Below are positions 6,952-16,504 of a stretch of 64,000 nt of DNA, in pieces. The translations under genes and the position numbers were made by a program. Source of the DNA: an uncultured Gammaproteobacteria bacterium (lineage in GTDB: Bacteria > Patescibacteriota > Patescibacteriia > Patescibacteriales > UBA12465). Within the stretch, counting starts at the first letter, position 1. Every line of letters begins with the position of its first letter. The DNA lies in contig CAZILW010000001.1 of NCBI GenBank assembly GCA_964540285.1, positions 63,703 through 127,702 of the forward strand, written 5' to 3'. Under the pieces are notes generated by a model. It saw only the letters and a list, made by a program, of their open reading frames with translations, was not told the origin of the DNA and searched no databases.

Positions 6952-9018
6952 TCAATTATACGTTTCAATATAAGCCACCGAAACTCCACCTGAAAAATTA
7001 CTATCCAAAGAGTAAAAAGAAGAAACTAGTTCACCTTTAACATTAAAAGCTCTTACATGAGGAGCTCCGCCCGGTCCAGCACCACAAATTATCTCATCTA
7101 TTCCATCCTTATTTAGATCTCCAATCGATAAATTAACTCCTCCTCTAAAATTCTCCCCGTAAGCCAATATTTTTTTTCTTTCTTTACCAAAATTATCAAA
7201 AATTTTAATTTCTGATAAACGTCCTGGTCCAGGAGAGGTTATTATTTCTTTTTTATTTTTAGTTTTTTGACCGTAAACATTAGCTACGGCTACTTTGACC
7301 CCACCATAAAAATTATTTTCATAAGCAAAAAACTGGCCTTTTAACTTAGCCTGATTATCAAAAATACGAACGTGAGGACCACCACCAACACCAGCTCCGG
7401 TTATAATTTCAGAAACTCCATCTCCATCAATATCACCAACAGCAACATTAACACCACCTCTAAATTTTTCATCATAGGCAAAAAACTGACCTTTTAAATT
7501 GCCACGAACATCAAAAATACGAACGTGAGGACCACCACCAACACCAGCTCCGGTTATAATTTCAGAAACTCCATCTCCATCAATATCACCAACAGCAACA
7601 TTAACACCACCTCTAAATTTTTCATCATAGGCAAAAAACTGACCTTTTAAATTGCCACGAACATCAAAAATACGAACGTGAGGACCACCACCAACACCAG
7701 CTCCGGTTATAATTTCAGAAACTCCATCTCCATCAATATCACCAACAGCAACATTAATTCCCCCACGAAAAGAGTCATCATAAACGTTAAAATTGTTTAA
7801 AAGTTTGCCCTTATTATTACTAAAACTTAAAGAATAAATATTTTTATCCGACTGATAACTTTTAACCTCAGCTTGAGGAGCGAACAAAAACATTCCTGAT
7901 AAATTTTGCCACTTTTCATCAGCCCATCTGGCGGAATTTAAAGCATTAACCCGGCCAATCCCTAATTGATCCTTATAAGAACTATTAAGAATATTAATAT
8001 CATCCGAACTTTTAAGTAAAATATCTAGCAATTCTCTTTGGTTTAATTTAGGGTTTATCTGCTTAATTAATCCTAGAGTTCCACTAACAACAGCGGCCGA
8101 CATAGAAGTTCCCGACCAATAGCCTTGATATTCTGAATATTTATTATTTTCTAAATCATAAAATGAAGTAGAAAAGAAACTAAGACCAGGAGCAGAAATA
8201 TCAACACACCTTGATCCATAGGATGAAAAACTTGCCTTTTGATCCATAGAATCTAAAGCTGAAACACCCAAAACAAAACTAGATGAATCATAAAAATCAA
8301 AACAAGCTGGATAACTCGAATTTTTATTTAAATTAAAATTATTATTTCCAACAGCCGAAACAACTATAACGCCAGCTCTATGAGCCCTCTTGATAGCATC
8401 CTCAAATCCCTGATTATAATCAGGCCCAGAAAAGCTCAAGTTTATAATATCAGCTCCGTTATTTACAGCATAATCAATCGCCCTAATAACATCATTAATC
8501 CTTCCCTCACCTTTTTCATTTAAAGCTCTAAGAGCCATAATCTTTGATTTACTAGCAATACCACTTATTCCCAAATCATTGTCGGTTCTAGCAGCTATTA
8601 TTCCAGAAATCATAGTTCCGTGATTTAAACCATCATCATTAGAGCTAGAAGATAATACGGGTCGAGGATTTGGTGTGTTTTCAACAAAATTCCAACCAAA
8701 AATATCATCTATAAAGCCGTTTCTATCATCATCTAGACCATTTTCAATTTCTAAATTATTAATCCAAATATTTCCATGCAAATCAGGATGATCAATATCA
8801 ACTCCCGAATCAATAACCGCTATAACAGGAGACTCGCCCCTAAGATCATAACCCCAAGTATAAGAAGCTCCTATTTTTTTTAAATACCATTGATTTTTAT
8901 AATACTCATCATTTGGTGATGAAAAAGTTTGAGCCTTAACTAAATTAAAATTAGATAAAAATAAAAAAAACGCTAAGAAAACTGCCGCTACTTTTTGTTT
9001 GGCTTTAAATCTTAGCAT
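6952..9018 (-). CDS. Secreted subtilisin-like serine protease (S8) with C-terminal FG-GAP repeats
   Basis: Signal peptide. Catalytic triad motifs VIDSGVD (Asp), HGTMISG (His), GTSMSAAVVSG (Ser). Five C-terminal repeats FRGGVNVAVGDIDGDGVSEIITGAGVGGGPHVR (FG-GAP with DxDGDG Ca-binding loop). Confidence 0.85.
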   Translation of the reverse strand: MLRFKAKQKVAAVFLAFFLFLSNFNLVKAQTFSSPNDEYYKNQWYLKKIGASYTWGYDLRGESPVIAVIDSGVDIDHPDLHGNIWINNLEIENGLDDDRNGFIDDIFGWNFVENTPNPRPVLSSSSNDDGLNHGTMISGIIAARTDNDLGISGIASKSKIMALRALNEKGEGRINDVIRAIDYAVNNGADIINLSFSGPDYNQGFEDAIKRAHRAGVIVVSAVGNNNFNLNKNSSYPACFDFYDSSSFVLGVSALDSMDQKASFSSYGSRCVDISAPGLSFFSTSFYDLENNKYSEYQGYWSGTSMSAAVVSGTLGLIKQINPKLNQRELLDILLKSSDDINILNSSYKDQLGIGRVNALNSARWADEKWQNLSGMFLFAPQAEVKSYQSDKNIYSLSFSNNKGKLLNNFNVYDDSFRGGINVAVGDIDGDGVSEIITGAGVGGGPHVRIFDVRGNLKGQFFAYDEKFRGGVNVAVGDIDGDGVSEIITGAGVGGGPHVRIFDVRGNLKGQFFAYDEKFRGGVNVAVGDIDGDGVSEIITGAGVGGGPHVRIFDNQAKLKGQFFAYENNFYGGVKVAVANVYGQKTKNKKEIITSPGPGRLSEIKIFDNFGKERKKILAYGENFRGGVNLSIGDLNKDGIDEIICGAGPGGAPHVRAFNVKGELVSSFYSLDSNFSGGVSVAYIETYN
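7290..7760. repeat. Perfect 153-bp tandem repeats (about 3 copies) inside the S8 protease gene
   Basis: Unit starting gaggaccaccaccaacaccagctccggttataatttcag recurs at 7374, 7527 and 7680 with 100% identity over two full units. Encodes identical 51-aa FG-GAP repeats. Confidence 0.85.
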
Positions 9019-9044
9019 ATTTTTTATCTTTTTTTTAAAAAAAT

Positions 9045-9656
9045 TTATTCAACTGTCTTCTCTTCTTTCTTTTCTGCTGCAGGCGCTGTTTCGACTGGCT
9101 TTTCCTCTACAACAACCTCCTCCTTAGGCTCAATTACTGTAACCACTGAATCGTCTGGATTGTTAAAAATTTTAAAACTGGCAGGGACCTTAATATCTTT
9201 AACATGAATAGCCTGACCAAATTCTAAAATAGTCGAGATATCAACTGTTATGTGATCAAGTAAGTCACCAGGTAAACATTCTACTGATAATTCGTCTAAG
9301 TTTTTAACCAATAAACCACCCAACTCTTTAACAGCCTTTGATTCTCCAATAAATTGCAAAGGAATTTCAGCTGAAACAACCCTGTTCATATCAACTTGAT
9401 AAAAATCAACATGAATAACAAAATTTTTAACAGGATCTTTTTGAATTTCCTTAATTAAAACATTCTTTTTTTCGCCATCAATTTCTAATTCAATCAAATT
9501 AGATTCTCCAGCTAAAGAATAAACCTTTGCAAATTCATTGGCTTTAAGTTTTAAGGTTTTGTTTTCCACGCCCAATCCATAAAGAACGCCAGCAACAAAA
9601 TCTCTTCCCAACTTTTCACCTTTCTCTCTTTTTTCTGCTTTTAGTTTAATTTCCAT
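9045..9656 (-). CDS. rplY: 50S ribosomal protein L25 / general stress protein Ctc
   Basis: N-terminal L25 fold sequence MEIKLKAEKREKGEKLGRDFVAGVLYG plus C-terminal Ctc-like extension. Confidence 0.8.
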   Translation of the reverse strand: MEIKLKAEKREKGEKLGRDFVAGVLYGLGVENKTLKLKANEFAKVYSLAGESNLIELEIDGEKKNVLIKEIQKDPVKNFVIHVDFYQVDMNRVVSAEIPLQFIGESKAVKELGGLLVKNLDELSVECLPGDLLDHITVDISTILEFGQAIHVKDIKVPASFKIFNNPDDSVVTVIEPKEEVVVEEKPVETAPAAEKKEEKTVE

Positions 9657-9704
9657 ATATTTTAATTTAATATTAAAAGCTAATTATTTTAAGCTTTAAT
9701 TTTA

Positions 9705-10805
9705 TTATGATTTTGATTTAATAATTATATTTTGAACTATTCCTATTAAAATAAAACTAGCCAAAGTAGCGCTGCCACCATAGCTAACGAATGGGAGCGA
9801 AATTCCAACAACTGGCACCACTCCAACATTCATACCAATATTAATAAACATTTGAATAAAAATCAAGACCAAGGCACCCAAAACAAAAAAAATGGCAAAA
9901 TCATCATTCATTTTCCTAATTAACACCAATAATCTAGAGAATAAAATAAAATAAATAATCAAAACCAATCCAGCTCCTAAAAAACCCAACTCTTCCGAAA
10001 TAACAGAAAAAATAAAATCATTTTGAGCTTCTGGTAAAAATTTTAATTGAGACTGAGAACCAAAACCAACCCCTCGACCAGTAAGACCTCCGGATCCAAC
10101 CGCAATCAAAGCTTGGGAAACATTATAGCCCTCACCCAAAGAATCAGCCGTAGGGTTAAGAAGGGTTAATATTCTATTTTTTTGATAATCTTTTAAATAA
10201 AAATTCCAAGATAAAAAAGCTAAAAGAAAAAATGGAATAATAATTAAAAGCAAATATTTTTTATCCATTCCGGCCAAAATAAGCATTATAAACCATAAAG
10301 CCAGCATAATCATTGATGGTCCAAAGTCTGGCTGAAGTAAAACTAAAAAAACAAGAAAAAAAGACCCAAGAAAAGAAAGACTTAGCATTCTAAATGGTCT
10401 GTTCTTAAAAATAGAATTAGAAAAAAAACTAGACAGAAAAATTATAAGAATTATTTTAACAAATTCAACTGGCTGAAGGCTAAAACCAAAAATATCAAAC
10501 CAACCGGTTGTCCCCCTAACTGTTTTTCCTAAAAATAAAACAGCCACCAATAAAAATACTCCTAATATATAAATATACTTATTAAGACTTTTAATTAAAC
10601 TATAATCAACAAAGGAGGTAAAAAAAAGCAAAAAAACACCAAGAACAATGTAAAATATTTGCTTCTTAAAATTTATAAGACTGACAGTTTCCTGCCCGAG
10701 AGCAATACTATATATCTCAATCAAACCAAAAAGAGACAATAAAAAAACAGCAGAAAAAATAATCCAATCGAATTTCAAAAAATGTTCTTTGATTCTTGCA
10801 AGCAT
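9705..10805 (-). CDS. rodA: SEDS-family peptidoglycan glycosyltransferase (RodA-like)
   Basis: 10 TM segments. Conserved SEDS C-terminal region GSGGLTGRGVGFGSQSQLKFLPEAQNDFIFSVISEELGFLG. A second SEDS paralogue next to murG is the FtsW candidate. Confidence 0.75.
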   Translation of the reverse strand: MLARIKEHFLKFDWIIFSAVFLLSLFGLIEIYSIALGQETVSLINFKKQIFYIVLGVFLLFFTSFVDYSLIKSLNKYIYILGVFLLVAVLFLGKTVRGTTGWFDIFGFSLQPVEFVKIILIIFLSSFFSNSIFKNRPFRMLSLSFLGSFFLVFLVLLQPDFGPSMIMLALWFIMLILAGMDKKYLLLIIIPFFLLAFLSWNFYLKDYQKNRILTLLNPTADSLGEGYNVSQALIAVGSGGLTGRGVGFGSQSQLKFLPEAQNDFIFSVISEELGFLGAGLVLIIYFILFSRLLVLIRKMNDDFAIFFVLGALVLIFIQMFINIGMNVGVVPVVGISLPFVSYGGSATLASFILIGIVQNIIIKSKS

Positions 10806-10814
10806 TCAGTTATA

Positions 10815-11588
10815 TTAATGAAAATGAAATAAAAACTTTATTAAAATCATAAGACCTAGTCCAAGAAAAATTCCACCTAATTGACTTAAGGTTTTTTTCA
10901 TAGAACATTCCTTTTTTAATTCTGGAATAAGATCAGAAGATGCAATATAAATAAATCCTCCAGCAGTTATTGGAATTATAAAGTCTATAAAGCCTTCAGA
11001 ATAAAAACTAAAAACTATGGCTATTAAGGCGCCCAACAAAGAAAAAAGACCAGAAAGAAAGTTAAACAATAAGGCTTTTTTAACTTTGTAACCAGCGTGA
11101 ATTAAAACTCCAAAATCACCTATTTCTTGAGGTATTTCATGACTAATAACAGCAATTGTGGTTACTATCCCCAAGTTAACATCCAATAAAAAAGCTCCGG
11201 CAATAATCATTCCGTCAATTAAATTATGTAAAGCATCACCAATTAAATTCATCTTACCAACTGGATGAATATGATCCTCTGAAGTTGGAATATGACAATG
11301 ACGCCAGTGTATTATTTTCTCTAAAATAAAAAATAATACAATGCCACCCAAAACACCAAACCAAACAAAATCAGTATGATCATGACCGAACTGATGAGAT
11401 TTTTCTAAAATTTCTGGAAGTAAGTGTAAAAATGCATCGCCCAAAAGAGCTCCGGCCGATAAACTAACCAAAAACATTATTATTTTTTTTAACCTTCCCA
11501 AAGACAAGCTCAAGAAAAAAACTCCTATTAAAGAAAATAAAGAGGTTACAAAAGAAGCAATAATTATATAGAGATGAATATTAGTCAT
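10815..11588 (-). CDS. ZIP-family divalent metal transporter (ZupT-like)
   Basis: HEIPQEIGDFGVL ZIP signature, His-rich loop HWRHCHIPTSEDHIHP, 8 TM segments. Confidence 0.8.
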   Translation of the reverse strand: MTNIHLYIIIASFVTSLFSLIGVFFLSLSLGRLKKIIMFLVSLSAGALLGDAFLHLLPEILEKSHQFGHDHTDFVWFGVLGGIVLFFILEKIIHWRHCHIPTSEDHIHPVGKMNLIGDALHNLIDGMIIAGAFLLDVNLGIVTTIAVISHEIPQEIGDFGVLIHAGYKVKKALLFNFLSGLFSLLGALIAIVFSFYSEGFIDFIIPITAGGFIYIASSDLIPELKKECSMKKTLSQLGGIFLGLGLMILIKFLFHFH

Positions 11589-11622
11589 AAAAATTCTTAT
11601 TTTTATTTTTTTAATTTTTTAA

Positions 11623-12084
11623 TTATTTCTTCTTATTTTCTTTTTTCTTCTTATTTTCTTTTAAAACAGACTTTTTGACCAATGGTTTCTTTTTGGCTAA
11701 GTCAATATTTTTATTCTTTTTTTCGAACTCAGAGATTACCTTTTTTAAACCCTCTACTGCCAAGACAGAACAATGAACTTTTTGTTTAGGCAAACCATTA
11801 AGCTCAGAAACAATTTTGTTCCAATCAAACTTTTTAGCCTCCTCTAGAGTTTTTCCTTTGACCATTTCAGTCATCACTGAGGCAGTTGCGATATTGGAAG
11901 CACAACCAAAAGATAAAAATTTTATATCTTTTATTTTTTGATTCTTTACTTTAAGAGTAAAAAATAATTGATCACCACAAACCATATTTCCCACTTCAGC
12001 TACGGCATCTGGGTTTTTTATTTCGCCAATATTTTTTGGTTGACGAAAATGTTTTAACGTTTTTTTACTATAATTTAATGACAT
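11623..12084 (-). CDS. iscU: Fe-S cluster assembly scaffold, IscU/NifU-N type
   Basis: Conserved Cys motifs CGD, GCASN and HCS; downstream of the cysteine desulfurase gene. Confidence 0.8.
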   Translation of the reverse strand: MSLNYSKKTLKHFRQPKNIGEIKNPDAVAEVGNMVCGDQLFFTLKVKNQKIKDIKFLSFGCASNIATASVMTEMVKGKTLEEAKKFDWNKIVSELNGLPKQKVHCSVLAVEGLKKVISEFEKKNKNIDLAKKKPLVKKSVLKENKKKKENKKK

Positions 12085-12202
12085 ATATTTTATTATTGAC
12101 TAAGTATTATTTATAATTTAACATATAATTAAGATGAGATTCGAGGTGAAAAAAATTAGGTTGGAGCTAATAACAATTTAACACACCAAAACAATCTCAA
12201 AT

Positions 12203-12229
12203 CCCGACCCACATTTTTTCGTGGGTCTT
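12203..12229. terminator. Hairpin with T-tract between nifS and iscU
   Basis: gacccac-attttttc-gtgggtc followed by ttttta on the plus strand; a weaker U-tract on the minus strand. Function and strand uncertain. Confidence 0.35.
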
Positions 12230-12230
12230 T

Positions 12231-13385
12231 TTATTTAACAGAACTAAACTTTCTAAGACGGCCAACTGTTTTTATCAACTCTTTCACAACTCTATCAACC
12301 TCTTTTTTATTGTTATACCTTCCGAATGTAAAGCGAATATTGCTATTCATATATTCATCGCTTACCCCGATGGCCTTAATGACCGAAGAAACTCTTAAAT
12401 TTTGAGCAGAACAAGCTGAACCGGTCGAAACATGAATTCCCTTAAGAGATAAATCAATTAAAATCGCCTCTCCCTCTATTCCTTCAAACATAACATTTAA
12501 ACTGTTTGGTGTTTTATACTTCAAGTCTCCATTTAATCGAATATTTTTAATATTCTTTTTTAACTCTTTCCAAAAATAATCTCTTATTTGTTTTACCTCT
12601 TTCAGGTATTTATCTCTCTCTTGATAAGCAATTTTTAAAGACTCAGTTAATCCAACAATCCCAGCCATATTATAAGTGCCCGACCTTAGACCATCTTCTT
12701 GTCCCCCGCCAACGATAATTGGTTTTATTTTTATATTCTTATTAACATAGGCCAAACCGACCCCCTGCGGTCCATAAAATTTATGAGCTGATAAGCTTAA
12801 AAAATCTACTTGCCATTTTTTAATATCAATTTTTAAATATGGAACGGCTTGAACGGCATCAGTATGAAAATAAATATTTTTTTCTTTGGCAATTTTACCA
12901 ATTTCAACTATTGGTTGAATAGAACCAATTTCATTATTAACCGTCATAACTGAAATCAAAACTGTTTCTGCTTTTATTTTTTTCTTTAATTCTTCCAAAA
13001 TCACTACCCCATTTTTATCAACCGGAATATAGTCAAACTTAAAGCCTTCGTCTAAAAGTTCTCGAGCTGAAGACAAAACGCAAGGATGTTCAATAGCTGA
13101 AATTAAAAAATGATTACCTTTATCGGTATTAGCCCTCATCACCCCCTTGATTATTAAATTATTAGCCTCAGTGGCGCTAGAAGTAAAAACTATATTATTT
13201 TGATCTCCATTTATAATTTTAGCTATTTCTTTTTTACATTCAGCAACTTTTAAATCATTTTCCTGACCCATAAAATGTATTGAAGAGACATTGCCGTATT
13301 TATCTTCAAAATAAGGCATCATCTTTTTCAATACTCTTTTGTCTATTTTAGTAGTAGCAGCATTATCTAGATAAATATTTGCCAT
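12231..13385 (-). CDS. nifS: Cysteine desulfurase (class V aminotransferase, NifS/IscS)
   Basis: PLP-lysine region SLSAHKFYGPQGVGLAYV, active-site Cys in HVSTGSACSA; 384 aa. Confidence 0.85.
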   Translation of the reverse strand: MANIYLDNAATTKIDKRVLKKMMPYFEDKYGNVSSIHFMGQENDLKVAECKKEIAKIINGDQNNIVFTSSATEANNLIIKGVMRANTDKGNHFLISAIEHPCVLSSARELLDEGFKFDYIPVDKNGVVILEELKKKIKAETVLISVMTVNNEIGSIQPIVEIGKIAKEKNIYFHTDAVQAVPYLKIDIKKWQVDFLSLSAHKFYGPQGVGLAYVNKNIKIKPIIVGGGQEDGLRSGTYNMAGIVGLTESLKIAYQERDKYLKEVKQIRDYFWKELKKNIKNIRLNGDLKYKTPNSLNVMFEGIEGEAILIDLSLKGIHVSTGSACSAQNLRVSSVIKAIGVSDEYMNSNIRFTFGRYNNKKEVDRVVKELIKTVGRLRKFSSVK

Positions 13386-13389
13386 ATAT

Positions 13390-14091
13390 TTATTTTAATA
13401 TAACTCTTTCAATCACAACATCTTTCATCGGTCTATCACTTCCGTCAGTATCAACTAAAGAAATTTTATCAACCACTTCCATGCCAGAAATTATTTTACC
13501 AAAAACTGGATGTTTACTTGAAAGTGGCTCTTTGTCAAAATCTAAAAAAGTATTATCTTTAACGTTGATAAAAAATTGAGAACCACCGGAATTTGGACCA
13601 GAGTTAGCCATCGAAATAGTGCCTCTTAAATTACTAAGCTCTGGACCAGAAACATGTTCGTCAGAAATTGCATAACCAGGTCCGCCAGTTCCCCACATAG
13701 CCACCATTGAATCGTCTTTTGTCAGAGGATCACCACCTTGAATCATAAAATCAGCAATTACTCTATGAAACTTAATTCCATCAAAATATCCACTTTCAGC
13801 TAAATTCAAAAAATTAGCGACAGTTTCAGGCATTTTTTCATTAAAAAACTCAATTGTGAAACTACCTTCACTGGTTTGAAATTCAACTTGAGAATATTTT
13901 TTTAAAATATCTCTATTTGTCATTTCTTCTTTATTTAATTTAATCATATTTTTTTGATTATTAATTATTAAATTATTATTTTTATTTGAATTTTGACTAT
14001 AATCAATTCTTTTTGGCTCTTGTTTACCACAAGCAGATAAAATAAAAATTGATAAAAACAAAATTGTTGAAATAAATATTTTTTTGTTCAT
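13390..14091 (-). CDS. Cyclophilin-type peptidyl-prolyl cis-trans isomerase, lipoprotein
   Basis: FHRVIADFMIQGGDP ... GTISMANSGPNSGGSQFFIN cyclophilin motifs. Lipobox LSAC after a signal peptide. Start taken at the internal MNKK because the longer ORF overlaps the cca gene. Confidence 0.8.
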   Translation of the reverse strand: MNKKIFISTILFLSIFILSACGKQEPKRIDYSQNSNKNNNLIINNQKNMIKLNKEEMTNRDILKKYSQVEFQTSEGSFTIEFFNEKMPETVANFLNLAESGYFDGIKFHRVIADFMIQGGDPLTKDDSMVAMWGTGGPGYAISDEHVSGPELSNLRGTISMANSGPNSGGSQFFINVKDNTFLDFDKEPLSSKHPVFGKIISGMEVVDKISLVDTDGSDRPMKDVVIERVILK

Positions 14092-14116
14092 ATTTTTTAT
14101 TATTAATTTTATTTTT

Positions 14117-15598
14117 TTAAACTTTAAATTTTTTCTTAATATTTTTATCGTCCTCACTTCTTTTTTCTTCAATAACTTCTTTGGCCTTTTCTCTTAATTC
14201 TTCTAAATTTAACTTATCAAGCTCTTTAACTCTTTTTATTAAAATTTCTTTCTCATTCAACTCTGGATTTTCCAAAACTTCTGCCAGCAAAACATCTAAA
14301 ATTGCCCCCATTTTTGGTCCTGGCTCCATTTTTAATTCGGATATCATAATATCACCATTTACTTTTAGCATCTTAACCGAAACTGGATCGTTTTGAACTT
14401 TCTCCATCATATACTGAAGATGACGAAGTTTGTATGGCATAGCCTTGGGCGTACCAGAACCCAAACGATCAGCAACCCTCAAATCAATCAAATCGCTCAA
14501 ATTTTCTCTTCCAGTTTTAGCAATAAGCCTTCTAACAGAAGCAGCAGTAACCTCTCCCACATTATAATAAAACATGTGATTTTTTACCAGATTAACCACC
14601 ATTTCAGTATCTTCTCTAGAAAATTTAAGTCTGTCCATTATTTTTCTAGTAATTTTTGCTCCAATATATTCATGATTATAAAAAGTTCTACCACCATTAA
14701 TAATCTTCATGGAAGCTGGTTTCCCTATATCATGCAAAAGAGCTGCTAGGCGAACCTGCCATTTTTTACTAGGACAAGATTTTAAAGACAATAAACTATG
14801 TCTTAAAACCGTATAAACATGGTGATGATTTTGCTCCATCTTTTCACCTAACAGAATTTCGGGAATTATATATTGCAGTAATTTCAAATCTTTTAACCTT
14901 TCAATTCCTTCCATAGCTTTGTCTGATGACAAAATTTTAACTAACTCATCTTTAATTCTTTCTTTGGCAATAAATTTTATACTACCAGCCATCTTAACAA
15001 TCGCCCTTTCCGTTTTTGGCTCTAAATCAAAGTTAAGTTGACAAGAAAATCGAACAGCTCTCATCATTCGAAGTGCATCTTCTTTAAAACGATCAAGAGG
15101 TTCACCAACAGCTCTGATAATTTTTAATTTAATATCCTTAAGACCTCCAAAAAAGTCTACTAAATAAAATTCCTGATCATTTATTTCTATTTTTTTAGAA
15201 TTATATTTCCCCTGATTCTTTCCTGGCAAACACAAAGCCATAGCATTTACTGTAAAGTCACGTCGAGACAAATCTTTATCTAACTCTTTTTCAAAAACGA
15301 CTTCGTCTGGTCGGCGATGGTCTCTGTATCCACTTTCACTTCGATAAGTTGTTATTTCTATCACCGAAATCGCCCTGTCATTTTCATCTCTCACTGGCAA
15401 TAAAACAGTACCAAAATCATTTTCATACCTAGCATCATCAAAAATCTTTAAAATATCTTCCGGCAAAGCATTGGTGGTAATATCAAAATCCTTAGGCTCT
15501 TTAGCCATAAGTAAGTCACGGACACAACCACCCACCAGGTAAGCCTCAAATCCATTTTCTTCAATTTTTCTTAATATTTCTAAAGATTTTTCAAACAT
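14117..15598 (-). CDS. cca: CCA-adding tRNA nucleotidyltransferase with HD domain
   Basis: Pol-beta-like head GGCVRDLLMAKEPKDFDITT and HD motif LAALLHDIGKP. Consistent with tRNA genes lacking an encoded CCA. Confidence 0.85.
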   Translation of the reverse strand: MFEKSLEILRKIEENGFEAYLVGGCVRDLLMAKEPKDFDITTNALPEDILKIFDDARYENDFGTVLLPVRDENDRAISVIEITTYRSESGYRDHRRPDEVVFEKELDKDLSRRDFTVNAMALCLPGKNQGKYNSKKIEINDQEFYLVDFFGGLKDIKLKIIRAVGEPLDRFKEDALRMMRAVRFSCQLNFDLEPKTERAIVKMAGSIKFIAKERIKDELVKILSSDKAMEGIERLKDLKLLQYIIPEILLGEKMEQNHHHVYTVLRHSLLSLKSCPSKKWQVRLAALLHDIGKPASMKIINGGRTFYNHEYIGAKITRKIMDRLKFSREDTEMVVNLVKNHMFYYNVGEVTAASVRRLIAKTGRENLSDLIDLRVADRLGSGTPKAMPYKLRHLQYMMEKVQNDPVSVKMLKVNGDIMISELKMEPGPKMGAILDVLLAEVLENPELNEKEILIKRVKELDKLNLEELREKAKEVIEEKRSEDDKNIKKKFKV

Positions 15599-15700
15599 TT
15601 TAATATTTTTTTACTTATATAGCCAATATATTATATATTTTTTATTAGTCTTTGGCAAATAAAAATACCGGCCAAAACCGATATTTTATTTATCTGAAAA

Positions 15701-16489
15701 CTAAATTTTAGATTGTAAAAATAATAGCAATTCTTCAAATTTATTAACATTATTTAAAAGACTTAAATTATCTTGGTTCTTCAGTAGATTTTTAATATTT
15801 CCTTCCTGCTCTTTAAGAGATTTTAATATTTTATTCAAAATATTTTTACTTAAATCATCAGAATTTTTATTTTCACTCATATTTTTAACCAAAGAAATCA
15901 AGTCATCTTTAGTTAAACCCAAAAAGAAAGCTGGAATATTTTTCATTTTACTTATTTTTATTTTCTGATCATTATCAAGTTTTATACCGTAATCTAATTT
16001 AACTCCTCCTTTCAAGTTTATTTTCTCCACTTTTTCTCTTTTTTTATCAGAACCATCATTATCACCCATCCCCAAAACCTGATCAAAACCACAAACCACA
16101 AAACCAGTCTTTTTATCAACTAAAACATTATCAACTCCATGCTCGTAATCATCATACCTTGAAGACCTAACAACAATAAAACGATCACCTATTATTTTAT
16201 TTAAAAAAACAGTTATCGCTAATTCGGCCATTTGCGGAAAATCTTTTTTATCTCCATAAACTTCACTTTTTACAGAAACAATATCTTTGTGAAGTTTCTC
16301 GTCTTCACCTATCATCTTAATACTTCCGTCCTTTTCAATAAAATCTCCGTAAAAATCGTTAAACTCTTTAGATATTTTTTCTAATTCATTATTTAAAAAC
16401 CTAAAAGACTCTTCCATATTTATATGGGGCTTTTTATCTTTAGAAAATTGGTTCAAATCTATTTTTCCTAATATTTTTAATTCTGACAT
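15701..16489 (-). CDS. Hypothetical protein (262 aa)
   Basis: Long ORF with no recognisable motif; Lys/Asp-rich. Confidence 0.5.
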   Translation of the reverse strand: MSELKILGKIDLNQFSKDKKPHINMEESFRFLNNELEKISKEFNDFYGDFIEKDGSIKMIGEDEKLHKDIVSVKSEVYGDKKDFPQMAELAITVFLNKIIGDRFIVVRSSRYDDYEHGVDNVLVDKKTGFVVCGFDQVLGMGDNDGSDKKREKVEKINLKGGVKLDYGIKLDNDQKIKISKMKNIPAFFLGLTKDDLISLVKNMSENKNSDDLSKNILNKILKSLKEQEGNIKNLLKNQDNLSLLNNVNKFEELLLFLQSKI

Positions 16490-16504
16490 AAATTTATAAA
16501 TTAT

